This document shows positions 22,662 to 35,647 of a stretch of DNA of 64,000 nucleotides, piece by piece (position 1 is the first letter of the stretch; each line of letters opens with the position of its first letter). This DNA is from Azolla caroliniana (Eukaryota > Plantae > Polypodiophyta). The position numbers were made by a program, and so were the translations under genes. The DNA is taken from NCBI GenBank assembly GCA_043228905.1, contig JBHGNT010000009.1:3410001-3474000 (forward strand), read 5' to 3'. The notes under the pieces are model-generated. The model had not been told where the DNA came from and ran no database searches. It was given only the letters and a program-made list of their open reading frames with translations.

Positions 22662-25600
22662 TGTAGAGACTCTTGAGTAGGAGAGAGAGAGAGGGAGAGA
22701 GAGAGAGGGAGAGGGAGAGAGGGAGAGAACACAAGAAATGGAAATGAGATTACATTATGAGGAAATAAGTTTACAAAGAGTAGGCTAAGGCTAAAGATTG
22801 GTGTTGAATCGAATGAGTTGTGATGAATGAATAGACACCTATTTATAGGTCCTTATGGAGTATTCTAGAATATTTTAGAATATTTATGATATTTATGATA
22901 TTTATTATAATCATGGAATATCTTAGAATGTTCTAGAACACTCTAAATATCTTGTAATAACTAATAATATAGTTATTATAACTATACATCATATATGTTA
23001 TTATAATGGTTAAAGGTCTAACATATATATAAAGACGTCTTGGGCTCGAATCCTTGTAAAGCAAAAATGTATGTATGTATGACATTATCCCCCTTTTTCG
23101 ATGACAAGTTCCACGAGTCGAAAGACAAGATTTCGGACTTGGCTTATGGGGATATTTGTTGTGAAACACGACAACCATTTTGGAGGCATTAGCAAGATTC
23201 TCGAGAGGTTCCCATGTTTGATCATTAGGTGTATAACCTGACCAGTCAACCAAATAATACAGTTTGTTGTGAACGATCTTGGAGTCGAGAATGATAGCAA
23301 CTTCATATTCGGAGCCATCTGAAACTTTGATTGGAGGTGGGGGAGATGTAAGAAGGCCTGGAATAGAGTTGGTTGTGTACGACTCCAAAAGTGAAACATG
23401 GAAGACCGGGTGAAGATGCATATGAGGGGGAAGATCAAGGTGAAATGCCACATCATTGATCTTACCAGATATCACATATGGGCCAAAACGTTGATAATCC
23501 AATTTGCAGCAAGGTCAGGTTGTTTTAATGCGACCTTGTAAAAGCCATACTCAATCTCCCACTTGAAACGTAGTTGATGAATCATGTCGATGATGGTCGT
23601 CAACCTTCTTTTGAGTGTTTTGAGCATCACATAAATGGTGCAAAAGAATATCTTGAACTTCTTGGAGTCGGGTGAGCCGATCTTCAGTAGCTGGGTTTGT
23701 CAGGAGTTTGAAGATGTTCAAGCATAGTACAATGAGGATGATACCCATTGTTTGCAAAAAATGGGGAATATCCAGTAGAAGAATGTTCTGAGTTGTTGTA
23801 TGCAAATTCCGCCAAATGTAATAGATCAACCCAATCATCTTGTTGATAGTTGACAAAACAACAAAGATATTGTTCTACTGTTTGGTTGGTGCTCTCACTC
23901 TGCCCGTTAGTTTCTGGATGGTAGCCAGAAGAGAGTTTGCAAGAAGTATGTAAGAGTTTGAACATGTGCCGCCAAATTTTTGAGATGAATTGGGGACCCT
24001 AATCACTAATAATATCATCGGGAAGACCATGATGCCAAAACACCTCTCGCATGAGTAACTCGACTGTCTCTTGGCTCGTAATGGCCTTTATGCAAGGAAG
24101 AAAATGTGCCAACTTGGTAAAACGATCTACTACCGTGAGAATAGAATCAAAACCCTTGGAAGGGGGTAGATCTGTAATGAAGTCCAATGAAATAGATTTC
24201 CATGAACTCTCAAGAATAGGCATTGGTTGTAATAAGCCATATGGATGATGTCAAGGTTTTTTGGATCGGCAACATGTATCACAACTACGAACATAATCCG
24301 TAACAAAATGGCGAAGTCGTGACCACCAATACCTTCGAGAAATTAACGCCAAAGTCTTGTGGATGCCGAAATGTCCAAGCATTGCTGTGTCATGATATTG
24401 TTGCAAGACTTGGAGTCGAGAAGGACCATCAGGCACATATAAGAGATTTTGTCAAAAAAGTAAACCATCATGCCAATTGAACTGGTTGTAGTCTTGACGA
24501 GGATTTTGATATTGTGAACAAGAAGCTCGATCTGGGATAATATGGTTCAAAATGTCTTGGGCGAATTCATCAGCCTCAATATGATCCCGAATGGAGTCCA
24601 GAAGACTTGAATCCCCGGGTGTGTCTATAGCATGAAATGCCATTAGTCGTAGACGGTCAGGACCCAAGAGGATTTGCTTCTGACTTTCAAATGTGGCCTC
24701 TCCTAGTTGAAGTTCCATATACGAACGTCGAGATAAAGCATCCGCTTTTCCTTGTTGCATCCCAGGGCGATATAGAATTATGAAATCAAAACAAGTTAAG
24801 AATTGTACCCAACGAGCTTGTCGACGACTCATGACTCGAGCACTTTGGAAGTACGTTAGATTTTTGTGATCATTATAGACAATGATTTGTTGAGACGAAC
24901 CCTCCAAAAAATGATGCCATTGTTGAAAAGAATCCACAATGGCAAGAAGCTCTTTATCATGAATCTCATTGTTGATTTCTGCAACTTCGAATTTCCGTGA
25001 ATGAAAAGCCACATGGTGCAGTTGGCCATCATTGCTAGTCTAGGATAATACGTTGTCGTCAAGATCCGTCACTAGGCGCGGATCGCGAGGCGGAACCGTC
25101 GAGGTTCTGGACTGGAAGGACTCGAAGTTTGCACAAGCTTTGGCGGGAAAGGAATTAAGATAGATTGAAAGAGAGAGAGATTGAGATAAGATAGAACGCT
25201 TGAATTTAGATTGAGAGAGAGATTAAGAACTCTTGACTTTAGATTTCAAGAACAAGGTATATCATCAAAAAGATAACGAATTTTTATCTTAATATTAATT
25301 TTGATTTAAAGTACAAAGCTTTCTTTTTTTTCCCAGAAAAAATCCCCCATTGATCTTTTTCATTCCCTCTTTTATAGATGCCCTCATGCATTTGAGGGTT
25401 AAAGACATGTATAAAATGCATGTTTGCCATTTGGCGCCCATGTATTACATGTGGTGCATGATAACCACATCACTCATTTTAGCTCTCATGTATGAGAATT
25501 TACATGTAAAGTTACAATGATAAAAATATTATTTCAAGAAATTGTCTTTGCTTAGTGGTAAGCCTATAGACTCTCAACTTGGAGGTGCAATGTTCAAATC

Positions 25601-26717
25601 CATACTTGCACTCCTTGTGTGTGTATATATATGTGTATACATATATTTATTCATTTATTTATATATCTATCCGGTCGCCGGTTACCGGATGACGCCAGTT
25701 ACAGGTGGCCGTCGATCGTCGGATGTTGGATACCGATACCGTCGGATCACCGGTTACCGTCTAGTTCTGTTTTGGTTGGCCAAAACCTTTACGAGTGGCT
25801 AGGCCAGTTCAATAGTAAAGTGCATCTATTCAAGATCTTCGTCTTTTGTACTAAGATATTAAACTTACTTAGAATTAGTATATTCACTATTATTATTTTA
25901 TATGATTGACACTTGATTTCCTAAGTCTTATGTGATTTTCACACCATTGCCGAAATCTTCACAACAACGCTTCCTAGTGCGAAGTCGGATGCATTAGCTT
26001 CGAGTATAAAGCGCTTCAATGGATCAACATGCATCAAAATTGGTGCGGATGTAAATGCTTGCTTTAATCCTTAAAATGCAGAGTTTGCATTTATACTCCA
26101 CACAAATGGTCGATTCTTTTGTGTCAGTTGAGTGAGGGGCAATACGATTTTTGAATAATCTTTTATGAACATGCGATAAAAATTTGTGAACCCCAAAAAA
26201 CATTGTACATCTCGCATAGACTAGTGTTTGCCAATTCAAAAATATTTGAATCTTTGCTGGATCCATAGAGATGCCATGTGAAGAGACTATGTACCCCAAA
26301 AGTTCCACTTGACGCTGGTTGAAACTGCACTTCTCCAATTTTGCACAGAGACCATATTCACGCAACCGTTGCAAAGCTTGTCGAACGTGTATATCATGAT
26401 CCTCTTGAGTTTTTGAGTAGATCAAGATATCATGTTGTCGACTGTTTGAACCGAATGAGTTGTGATGAATGAATAGACACATATTTATAGGTCCTTATGG
26501 AGTATTCTAGAATGTTCTAGAATATTTATGATATTTAATATAATCATGGAATATCCTAGAATGTTCTAGAACACTCTAAATATCTTGTAATAACTAATAA
26601 TATATTTATTATAACTATACATCATATATGTTATTATAATGGTTAAAGGTTTAACATATAAACCAAGACGTCTTGGGCTCGAATCCTTGTAAGGCCAAAA
26701 TGTATGTCTTCATGACA
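22662..26717 (-). mobile_element. Degenerate, internally deleted Ty3/Gypsy chromovirus (same clade as the 46.5-52.3 kb element)
   Basis: 3' LTR 22662-23084 with PPT GGGGGATAA; truncated 5' LTR 26446-26717; TSD GGGGG (22657-22661 and 26718-26722); RT, RNase H, integrase and chromodomain (YEVAIILDSK..YYLVDWSGY..TWEP) fragments; gag and protease absent. Confidence 0.9.
25054..25966 (-). mobile_element. Solo LTR (~913 bp) inserted in the RNase H region of the chromovirus
   Basis: TG...CA ends; interrupts host codons DASDFALGS|VLS; imperfect 4-bp flank ACGT/ACGC; TATA and CT-rich tract on the minus strand. Confidence 0.7.
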
Positions 26718-29700
26718 GGGGGTGGATCTATAGGAACTATTTCGGGACCAACAATCTCTGACAACAACCCTCTGAAGTTACATGTTACCTTTACTAAGGG
26801 GCGATATTCTAAGCAATTTTGTATCCCTCTTGCATTCCTATTGGAAAGGTATCCAACTTCATCTATGCTATGTTGTGATTTGCAACAAGTAAAAAGCAGT
26901 TTAAGGGAAAAACATGAGGCACGCTTGAGGTTCTTTTACTATCGTAATGTTGTTGGTTGGTCGCGAAGGCAGGATCGGGTCAATAAGGAATTATTTGATC
27001 AGTTTAAACGAAAAATGAGACCTCTTTCTATTACTCTTTGAAGTGGCTTGATGGATCCTATACATCAAATGACTCTGAGATGCGATGTATAGTCTTAGAT
27101 TATTATCATCAATTATTGATGGTTGAATCTTTTACGACAGATGTAATGGCCTCTCAGTTATTGCAACCATTTACATCTCAGGAGGTTTTGGCTGCAGCTA
27201 AATCCTTAGGTAAGGATGTTTGTTCAAGAAAAGATGGAATAGGAATTGGCTTCTATTTGCATTATTGGGATTTTCTTGGTCCTCTCCTTACTAGAGTAGT
27301 TAATTTAATATTCTCAAGTGGTAATATGCCTGCGGAATGGACGGAAGGAATCATATATCTTATTCCTAAGTCGGATGCTCAATGTGATGAAGTCTCCAAG
27401 TGGCAGCCAATAACATTGCTTAATGACGTGTATAAGATTGTGGCAAAAGTTATTGCTATTAGAGTATGATATGTATTGCCGTCTATTATTCATGATACAC
27501 AATTTGGCTTTCTACAAGATAGAAGTATTTTTTATAATATCTTTTTGTTGTGGGAAATGGTTGCATTAGCTCAGTAAAATAAAAAACAACTTGCAATATT
27601 AATGCTTGACTTTGAAAAGGCATATGATAAAGTGGATTGGGACTTTCTTGAGGCAGTACTGTCAATATTAGGTTTTCCCGCTGCATGGATAAAAGGTGTT
27701 TTTGCCCTTTACAGGCATGCTTCTAGTTTAGTTTTGTTCGTTGGAGAATATGGGTCACTATTTCCTATCTCCAAGTCTGTTAGGCAAGGATGCCCTCTTG
27801 CCCCATTTCTTTTTATCTTATTTGGGGAAGCTTTGTCCTCCTACCTAAGATCGTCTATGACTGGTATCAAAGGCATAACATTACCGATTACGCAGTCCAC
27901 TGTAGTGGATGTTGAGTTTGCAGATGATACAAACCTCTATGTTGACATGGAGATTGGTAATCTTGGCTAGGTACAAAATGCTTTGCAAGTTTTCTCGGAT
28001 GCTACAGGTGCATCACTTAACTGGAATAAGTTCGTCGGCCTTTGGGTGCGTGCAAAAACTCACCTTACGTGCTATCTAGGTCCACCTTTCCGATGACTTC
28101 ACCATGGTGAACTAGTTCGATATTTGGGAAGTATGGTTGGAATAGATTTAAGGCTAGAGGCAATGCTATCTCCATTACTATTATCAATAAGTTGCAAGGA
28201 TCAGAAGCTTGGAAATAAATATTTCAAAATCAGCTAATGCAGTTAACTCCTAAGACAGGAGGAGCGTGGTCACTCTTAGATCTAAAATGGTTGTTCTTGA
28301 ATGATATGCAAATGCCAAGGCAAGATCTTGCATCCAATAGATTTTTGCTAGGAATCATAAGAGCAAGGGATGTGATTTAATCATTTTTGCTTAAGGGCAA
28401 GCCTTCTACATGGGATGCATTACTTAATCAGCCTTTTCTTACCAATTCTCTATTTTGGGATCATGCAAGAAAAGTGTTGGGCTTGCGAACTCGCCTTGCC
28501 TGGGGTAAATTGGATAATGGGTCACCTGCATCTGTAAGAACTTGGACTCAATTTCAGCAAATGCCACAAGAAGATTGTCTTGCACATCTACAATCAGTTC
28601 ATGGTGCCAAGATAAGGACTGCTAGCATATCAACAACATGTTCTGGATCCATGTAGGAACATCTATGGTTTGGATGCTTCACAAATGTTACATTGATGGT
28701 TGTTAAGGGTGTTTCAACTAACGGGTGTGCTTCTTATTTTGAGGTCCTAGACAACAATAGATTGCAATCTTATACCTTTGATTGCAGTTATCTACATGAC
28801 TTGCGAAGTGCTCCACTCAAAGTGGTTGCTAAAATTGGAAATAAATGGATGCTTAATCCTTATCCTTCAATTGATCATATGTGTGATATCATGTGGTTAT
28901 ACGCAAAAGACCCTGTTGCAAGATTAACATGGGATCCGAGGGGTTGGTTTTGGCCACACTCCTTGGGGGAAAAGATCGTAAAGATCCCCTTCCTTCAGTA
29001 CTTAGTAAAACTTGGAAGATCATTACTGCTCTTGCGAAATGTAACGATACCAATAGCTTAGAAACATTGGACCAACTGGGGTGTCTCAACTTTGCATTTG
29101 AAAACCTACTGGAGATGGATCTTGTCATTTAAGGGCCAACAAAATTTATTCTCTTTTGATGGCTATTAGTGCATATGGCATTACCAATTGGTCATTCATT
29201 GAAAGGGAGCGTAGCACCCAATTTGCGACAATGTGGCTTTTGTCATGAATCTCAGGAGACTACCAAGCATGTCCTATGGTCTTGTCCCTTTGCTCAACAA
29301 GTATGGAATAAAGTCTTGTCTTTATTCCTAACAATCAATGTCGGTTGCCTATTCTCATGGGGATCAACGATGTGGGGAGTGTTACATTCCAACTTGATGT
29401 TGTATGAGGCAAACGATGTTCATGAGGCAATGACAGTACATAATAAAATATTGATATTAGTTAGTTCCTTTTAGCAACCTCGAAAGCATGTGCAATCTGT
29501 CTAGATTTGGAGGACGATGACCACAATAATGTTATGGACTTTATGGAAATGTTGATGTAACCGACTTTACGATGCAACAGACATTCGTCTCTAAGATGTG
29601 TTGCTTGAGATATGGGGAGGACTTGTTGGCAGTAGTCCATGGCTAGTACGATAATATGCATGGTTCCCTAGAGGCTATGAACAAGAGAAGGAAAAAGCTT

Positions 29701-30439
29701 CTTCACTTATGGAAAAAGTTGCCCCTATTTACAATGTCAACTCAAGAGCCTCAATGGCACTATCGACTTCCATGGACTCTTTCTTGAATATCAACAAATT
29801 CCAACACCTTCTACAAAGTTCAATATTTGGTCATAGGATTATTTTACATCATTGTACATAAAAAGTTGTAGCCTTCTGGGCAGACAAGTTCAAGTTGTAG
29901 CCTTGGGACGTTTTTTCTTAATATTATTGAAGAAAATCTTAATAAATAAATAAACTAAGACTTGTGTTTTAGGTGTTACGATGAGATTAGATTAAATGGT
30001 TATCCTAATAAGTAATGAGACATTTACGAAGTTAAGGGAAACATAAGTTGTACCTTAAGTTTATTAGATGTTAAAAACTCATAAAATATCTTTTATAACT
30101 TTTGTGATACCCTTGGGCCTTTTCAAATTATACTATGAGTTGCTCTATTCCTACCACTTTTCCTAATGCTACAGTTATTCCCTCATTTCTAACCATTGTT
30201 CAAGTGCATGGAAATTGTTAGCGAGTGGAAGTTATGTCAAGACTTTGACATGAAGAACCTCGAAAGGGTGAAGCATATCTTGAGTATGTGAATTGCTTGA
30301 AGAATAATTATATTCACTTGGCCTAGAGGCATTTCCTCCAAAGGGCCCAACATGACTCATACCTTGGACTTTGCACTTTTAAGGGTCACAATTGAATTTT
30401 GTTAAGTATATACTGAACATCTCACATGCAATACTCTCT

Positions 30440-31000
30440 TTGTTTTTAGTAACACTTTTATTACTAGTGGGAAACCTCAAAGTGAGGTAAAAACCCACAA
30501 AGAATAAAGAGAAATATACAATTGTCGATTAGACACTAAAGAGCTTAGAAGCACTCAAAGTAAAGATTGTAAATTTGCAGTGTGATCTCTCTAAGTTGCA
30601 GACAATCAAATAGAGATTGCCTGATGGATTACTTAAAGAAGCTAACTTCATGCGGTTGGTTTCGATCAAAGACCTTATTATTGTGGGCCGTCCAAATGGT
30701 CCAGAGAGAAAATAGGCATTATTGGATAGGGCGCACAGAATTTGTCCAAATAGTCCAAAGTGTTTCCCAAACCTTCGGCCAAGAAATTTGTGATAAAGAG
30801 ATGCACTTAGTCTTTGTACAAATGTTGTAGTGAATGAGCAAGTCCATAATAAGTGTGGGATTGTTTCCAATAGTCCACCACATCTTGCACAATGCGACGA
30901 GGCTATCGATCGATTTTGAAGATTCAACCCAGTAGGGAGCACACCCAATAGGCATCTCCATTGGAATACCCATTGCTTAAGTGGAAGACCAGAGCTCCAT
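30440..31000 (-). mobile_element. LINE 3' fragment (zf-RVT)
   Basis: HCARCGGLLETIPHLLWTCSF motif. Confidence 0.7.
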
Positions 31001-32274
31001 AAGCTTGTACACCTATTTTTCCACCAGGATTATGTTTTGTGTAGGTTCCATAATACTCTAATGTAGGTATACACGCAAGTCTCCTAATAGAAGTATTGTA
31101 GTAGATACAACGAGAGCTAATATTGTAAATGAGATATAAAGGTAATATATACAAGCCTTCATATCCTCCTAAGTGTGCAAGAGGTATAGTTGTAATTTAA
31201 TTAAATAAAGGATGAAGTATAAAAACTATAAACATTTTTGTAAGGGTTCTCCCCATTTGAGTTATGATTCTTAACCAATTATCAAGAGGCTATGAAAAAT
31301 ACTTAGTAAGAACTGCTTGGAAAATAATCAAGAAACATAGGGCGCAATGTAATGGGAAAACTCAAGAAGAGAGATTCACAACTAGCATTGAATCCAAACA
31401 ACTTGATCAATGCTCAAAGACTCATGTACATATTATGGCCTATTCTGTGGAATAATTTTAGAACAATCTAGATGCCGTCGTGTTCTATATTAGACACATT
31501 TCTTGTCTCTTTGGTGGGCCTCAATTCCGTGATTAGGTAGCACCACACATGTAACCCTTTTGGTTTTGGATTTTATTGATTAAGGCTTGGATTAGAAGTT
31601 GGAGGTGAGAGAAAGGGTGGGTGTATGAATGAGGTTGGAGAGGGCAAAATGTGTAGTTGTATGAGATTCCACAATTAGGATGGGTAATGTTGTGAAGGTG
31701 ATGAATTATGTAAGCAGTATACTAAGCTTTTCATTTACCGGCAAATAGATTGATGAAGACCATACCACATTAAATAAATTTTGGTTTTTGTAGGAAATCA
31801 AGGTTAGATTACAGAAAAGACGGTCCTTAATACACATGAAGAAGAACAATTCATATCACGATTAGTTCAGCAACATGTAATTTTTATTACGTTACGTAAA
31901 TAAGAGAAAATTTAAACGTAACTGCTTCCTTAGATATACATCGTAGAAAAAAAAGGAAATGTTGACATTACACTCTTCTTAGAGCCGTGTAATTTCAACA
32001 GACTGACCACAAATCATGAAAGAATATAGCTAAGAGAAGAGGGAAAAAAATATTCTAGGATGTCTTGTCACAAAAAATTCGTTGAGGAACTGGGATGAGA
32101 GAGACTGATACGAGTTGGCCTCCAGTTTTGAGGTTACAATAAGCAGATCTGCAGTCCTCTATATATTTATTGTGACCTAACAATGAATGGTATTTAGTCA
32201 TCCATGTCCTAGAGAGGAAAGGATGAATAGGGGGCAGGATGGGATGGGGGATGGGATGGGGGATGGGGAAGATC

Positions 32275-35200
32275 TTAAAAAATGGCCGACTCGGGTCTCC
32301 AATCTGTCTTCTGCACCGCGATAAGTGCTTCTGTTGATTTAGAGAAAGTCATCCGAACATCCCAATGGAGCGATTCAATCAAGGCTTGCACTTCACTCAT
32401 GCTATCCACCGATTCACGTACAATCAACCATCCACCGGGCCTCAATAAACGATCCATTTCAGCAATGACAACCTTAACATTGCACCTGCAAAAAGATAGG
32501 CTATCTATACTTAGCTTTTCTACAAGATGGGTTTACCTCTTTTACATTAAATGCAAGTCAACCTCTTTTACCTCTTCGTCAACCTGCTGAATAGATGGTC
32601 TGCATGAAGAAGATCGTAAGTACGAGGATATGAGCTGAAAGATTCACACCAATCATGATAGATTCCAAAGAGCCCTCGATCAAATATCACAGGCAATGTC
32701 TTCGGTGCATCAAACAGTACTACATTCATCACCCAGACTGGTTGGGACACAAGAGCAGCTGCGAATCTGTATATCAATAGAGAAATAAATTGTGTAAGCT
32801 TTGGTAAAGCTTATCAAACCATGCACTTCATTGTCCAAGGTAGCATTCAAAATGTGTTTACCCTCCATAAACTGCCCTCGTATCCATCACATTCCTAATA
32901 TTCTGCCATTCAATACCAAGACCTTGAAGGTACGACTTTTTTACAATACGCTCCCAACGTTCTGTGTCCGATTGGAAATCGGATACCCCATTCTGCCTTG
33001 CAGCCAGCCATGCTGGTGCTTCCAAAAGTCGTTGAGGCCACTTTTGAGGCCATTCAGCACCGTGGGCATTTGACTCGGCAGGTATCTTATGAAGGCAAGC
33101 AGTCATTGGAGTATACCTATGTCAACATGTACCACAAATCACCAATCATAAGCAAATATTGCTGAACCATGAAGAGGAAACTAGTTGCTTGAATTGGCAA
33201 GAACGTATACCATGCATCATCTGGTTTATCATCATCTTCACACATGGGAGGAAAATCTTTTTCCCTTTTCTCATAGCAATCATTGGTGGTAGGCTTCTGA
33301 AAAATAGCAGCTCCAATCCCTGTGGAAGGATCGACAAACTTTGCAACGAGTCTCCAGCACATAGCAATTGTCATTGCTCTTGTGTCTGCAATGATTGCAT
33401 CCAAAAGAATTTAAGAGTCTCATTCTAAGCCATAAAAAATGTAGAATCGTGCTTAATGCGCTTTTGAGAGTGTGACCTTTCCAGATCTGGACGTCTTCCT
33501 CATCATCCCAATAAACTGGCGTGGCCGACCAGACGAAATATCCACCAGGCCTCAAAACACGGTTTAGCTCCAAAAGGAGTTTGCCACCTATAGAAATGAT
33601 TATCAAAAGAAAGGCTTAATCCAGAGATATTGCAAGTCTATCCACACAAAGAGAAGAGAATGATCCAAGAAGGAATTTGGCAAGCTACCATATCCTTGGG
33701 CTCAACAAACGTCATGCAGTGTAATTCAAATTGATACCAAGAACGTGCCATACATCAACTTACAACATTATTGACGGTATCAAATGTAGCATACATACAC
33801 ATCACATCAATTCAAGACATTCATGCTACTTAATATGTTGCAGAATACATTGCAGAATTAAATTGCCGTAGACATACCTTCAATATGCCAGGGCACTCTA
33901 CACCGTGCACAATGGACAGCATCATAAACATTGCTTGGAAATACAAGTCGTTGGGTACCCATAACAGAAGATATCGCGGGAATTCCCCGTTCAAGAGCAA
34001 ACTGAACTTGTGCTTCGTGTTCATCTTTTGGAGCAAATGACATGGTAAGCACATCCCTATCAAACATATATCCACCGAAACTTGCAACTCCACATCCGAC
34101 ATCCAAAAGAACACGAGTGCGCTTTCCCCATCTGATCTTTGAAAATTTCTGGTTTCAAGGAAAATTTGTTGTGTGAAACAGCAGAAATAAACATGAGCTT
34201 GCAAACTCTAATCACAACGTCCATCTTAACAGAATGGGATAAACTATATGAGTATTATCCTTAAAACACTTTAAATTATGCGACTATCAAAGACTAAATT
34301 TTTGTCTATAGCTTTCTTTCAATCAATTTCAAACAGATGCTGGCATTTTTTGTATGAATAGATCTATGAAATATCGCACCTCCTCCACATAGTCAATGTA
34401 ATGGAGGGCACCATGTTTAAATTGAGTTCCTCCTCCAGGAAAAATGAGTCGATCATTGGACTTCTTCACCCACTGCTGATCTTTCTTATATGATACTAGT
34501 CCAGTATGAGGAACATTTTTATACCAAACCTGAATTGGAGAACAAGGCATTCATAATGGCTGTTAGTGAGTTGGACAATGAATAATATAATGAAATGTAA
34601 ATCACGTTACATCTTTGAGATATGAAGCCCATACAGCAAATAGAGTATATGCAGGTATTAATCGCAAAACACATCCAGTAATTCAGTTAGTGTGCAGCAT
34701 AAAGAAAAACCTCATTTAGATCACCTTACATTTTGAAGTAAGAATCAGATCACTGAGTCCAGCATGAAATGCATTACAACAATATATTAGCAATAAGTTT
34801 GGATATGCACCTCATTTCTACTGAGAGGCCACGTTATTGGTGTACGATAACCTTCCGGAAGAGGAACCAAGCATTCTGGTGCTGGATCAGGGCAATGTCT
34901 CTCCCGATGCTCATAATGCTTAGTACTGTGGAGCGCTTTTATTGCCTTTGTATTATCCAGACAAGGAATGTAGTCAACTCCAGCATTTGTATCACACAAG
35001 GTCCATTCAATCTTCTGCTTACTCGAGGTTTTCAAACTTTCGTCTGCATCATTGACACTATTATCCTCTGAACCATAGTCTGAGGTCTCCTTAGAGTTTC
35101 TCTTCTTTTGTGTTACATCAGTATCATCATCATACTTTGGAGATTCCGAAGTTTCTTTCGCTTTTATTATCAGTTCATCCTCATCTTTTTGAGACACGGG

Positions 35201-35647
35201 TTTTGACTCAGCTTCTGGTTCCAAATCTTCTGATACTTCTTCCTCTCTTGATATTTTGGCAGGATTTTGCTTCTCTAGGAAAGAGTCAGGTTCTGGTTCC
35301 GGTTCTGATTCTGATTCCTCAGATACTTCCTCCTCTTTCGACGCTTTGGAAGGCTTTGTTTCCTCGGGTTCATTCTTTGGGGTTTCCTCTGGTTTCTCCT
35401 CGGATTCCAATGTCGGGTCACCAGCACTCTCTTCAAAACTCTCATTAATATCGTTGTTACGGACCTTAATCTCAGGCTTTCCTTCTACTTCCACATCAAT
35501 CTCATTGCTTTCAGAGAATTGAGACTCAGAGGGAGAGCTCAATACCCATGCACCAATTAGACATAATCCAACAAAGACCACAGCTGTAACCATAACATAA
35601 AATGTTGGCACGCGCTTTTCTTGTCGGAAATTCTTCCCAGAGGCCAT
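32275..35647 (-). CDS. PMT: Putative pectin / SAM-dependent methyltransferase (DUF248, PMT24-27-like), type II membrane protein, 8 coding exons, ~734 aa
   Basis: Exons 35647-34811, 34529-34380, 34148-33878, 33587-33477, 33385-33211, 33116-32862, 32766-32572, 32485-32275; all GT-AG and phase-compatible (2205 nt). N-terminal TM and acidic stem; [56 protein letters not shown]. Confidence 0.95.

Larger units (their letters stand above)
18400..29955 (+). mobile_element. Decayed LINE (L1-like APE-RT-zf), split into segments ~18400-19202, 22413-22661 and 26718-29955 by later insertions
   Basis: Endonuclease motifs SRNVQGLG, FFLQEHH, WLVG|GNFN, LDRFY. RT motifs WQPITLLNDVYKI, LDFEKAYDKVDW, RQGCPLAPFLF, FADDT. 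Zinc finger CGFC..ETTKHVLWSC. A-rich tail near 29940; many stop codons. Confidence 0.88.
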
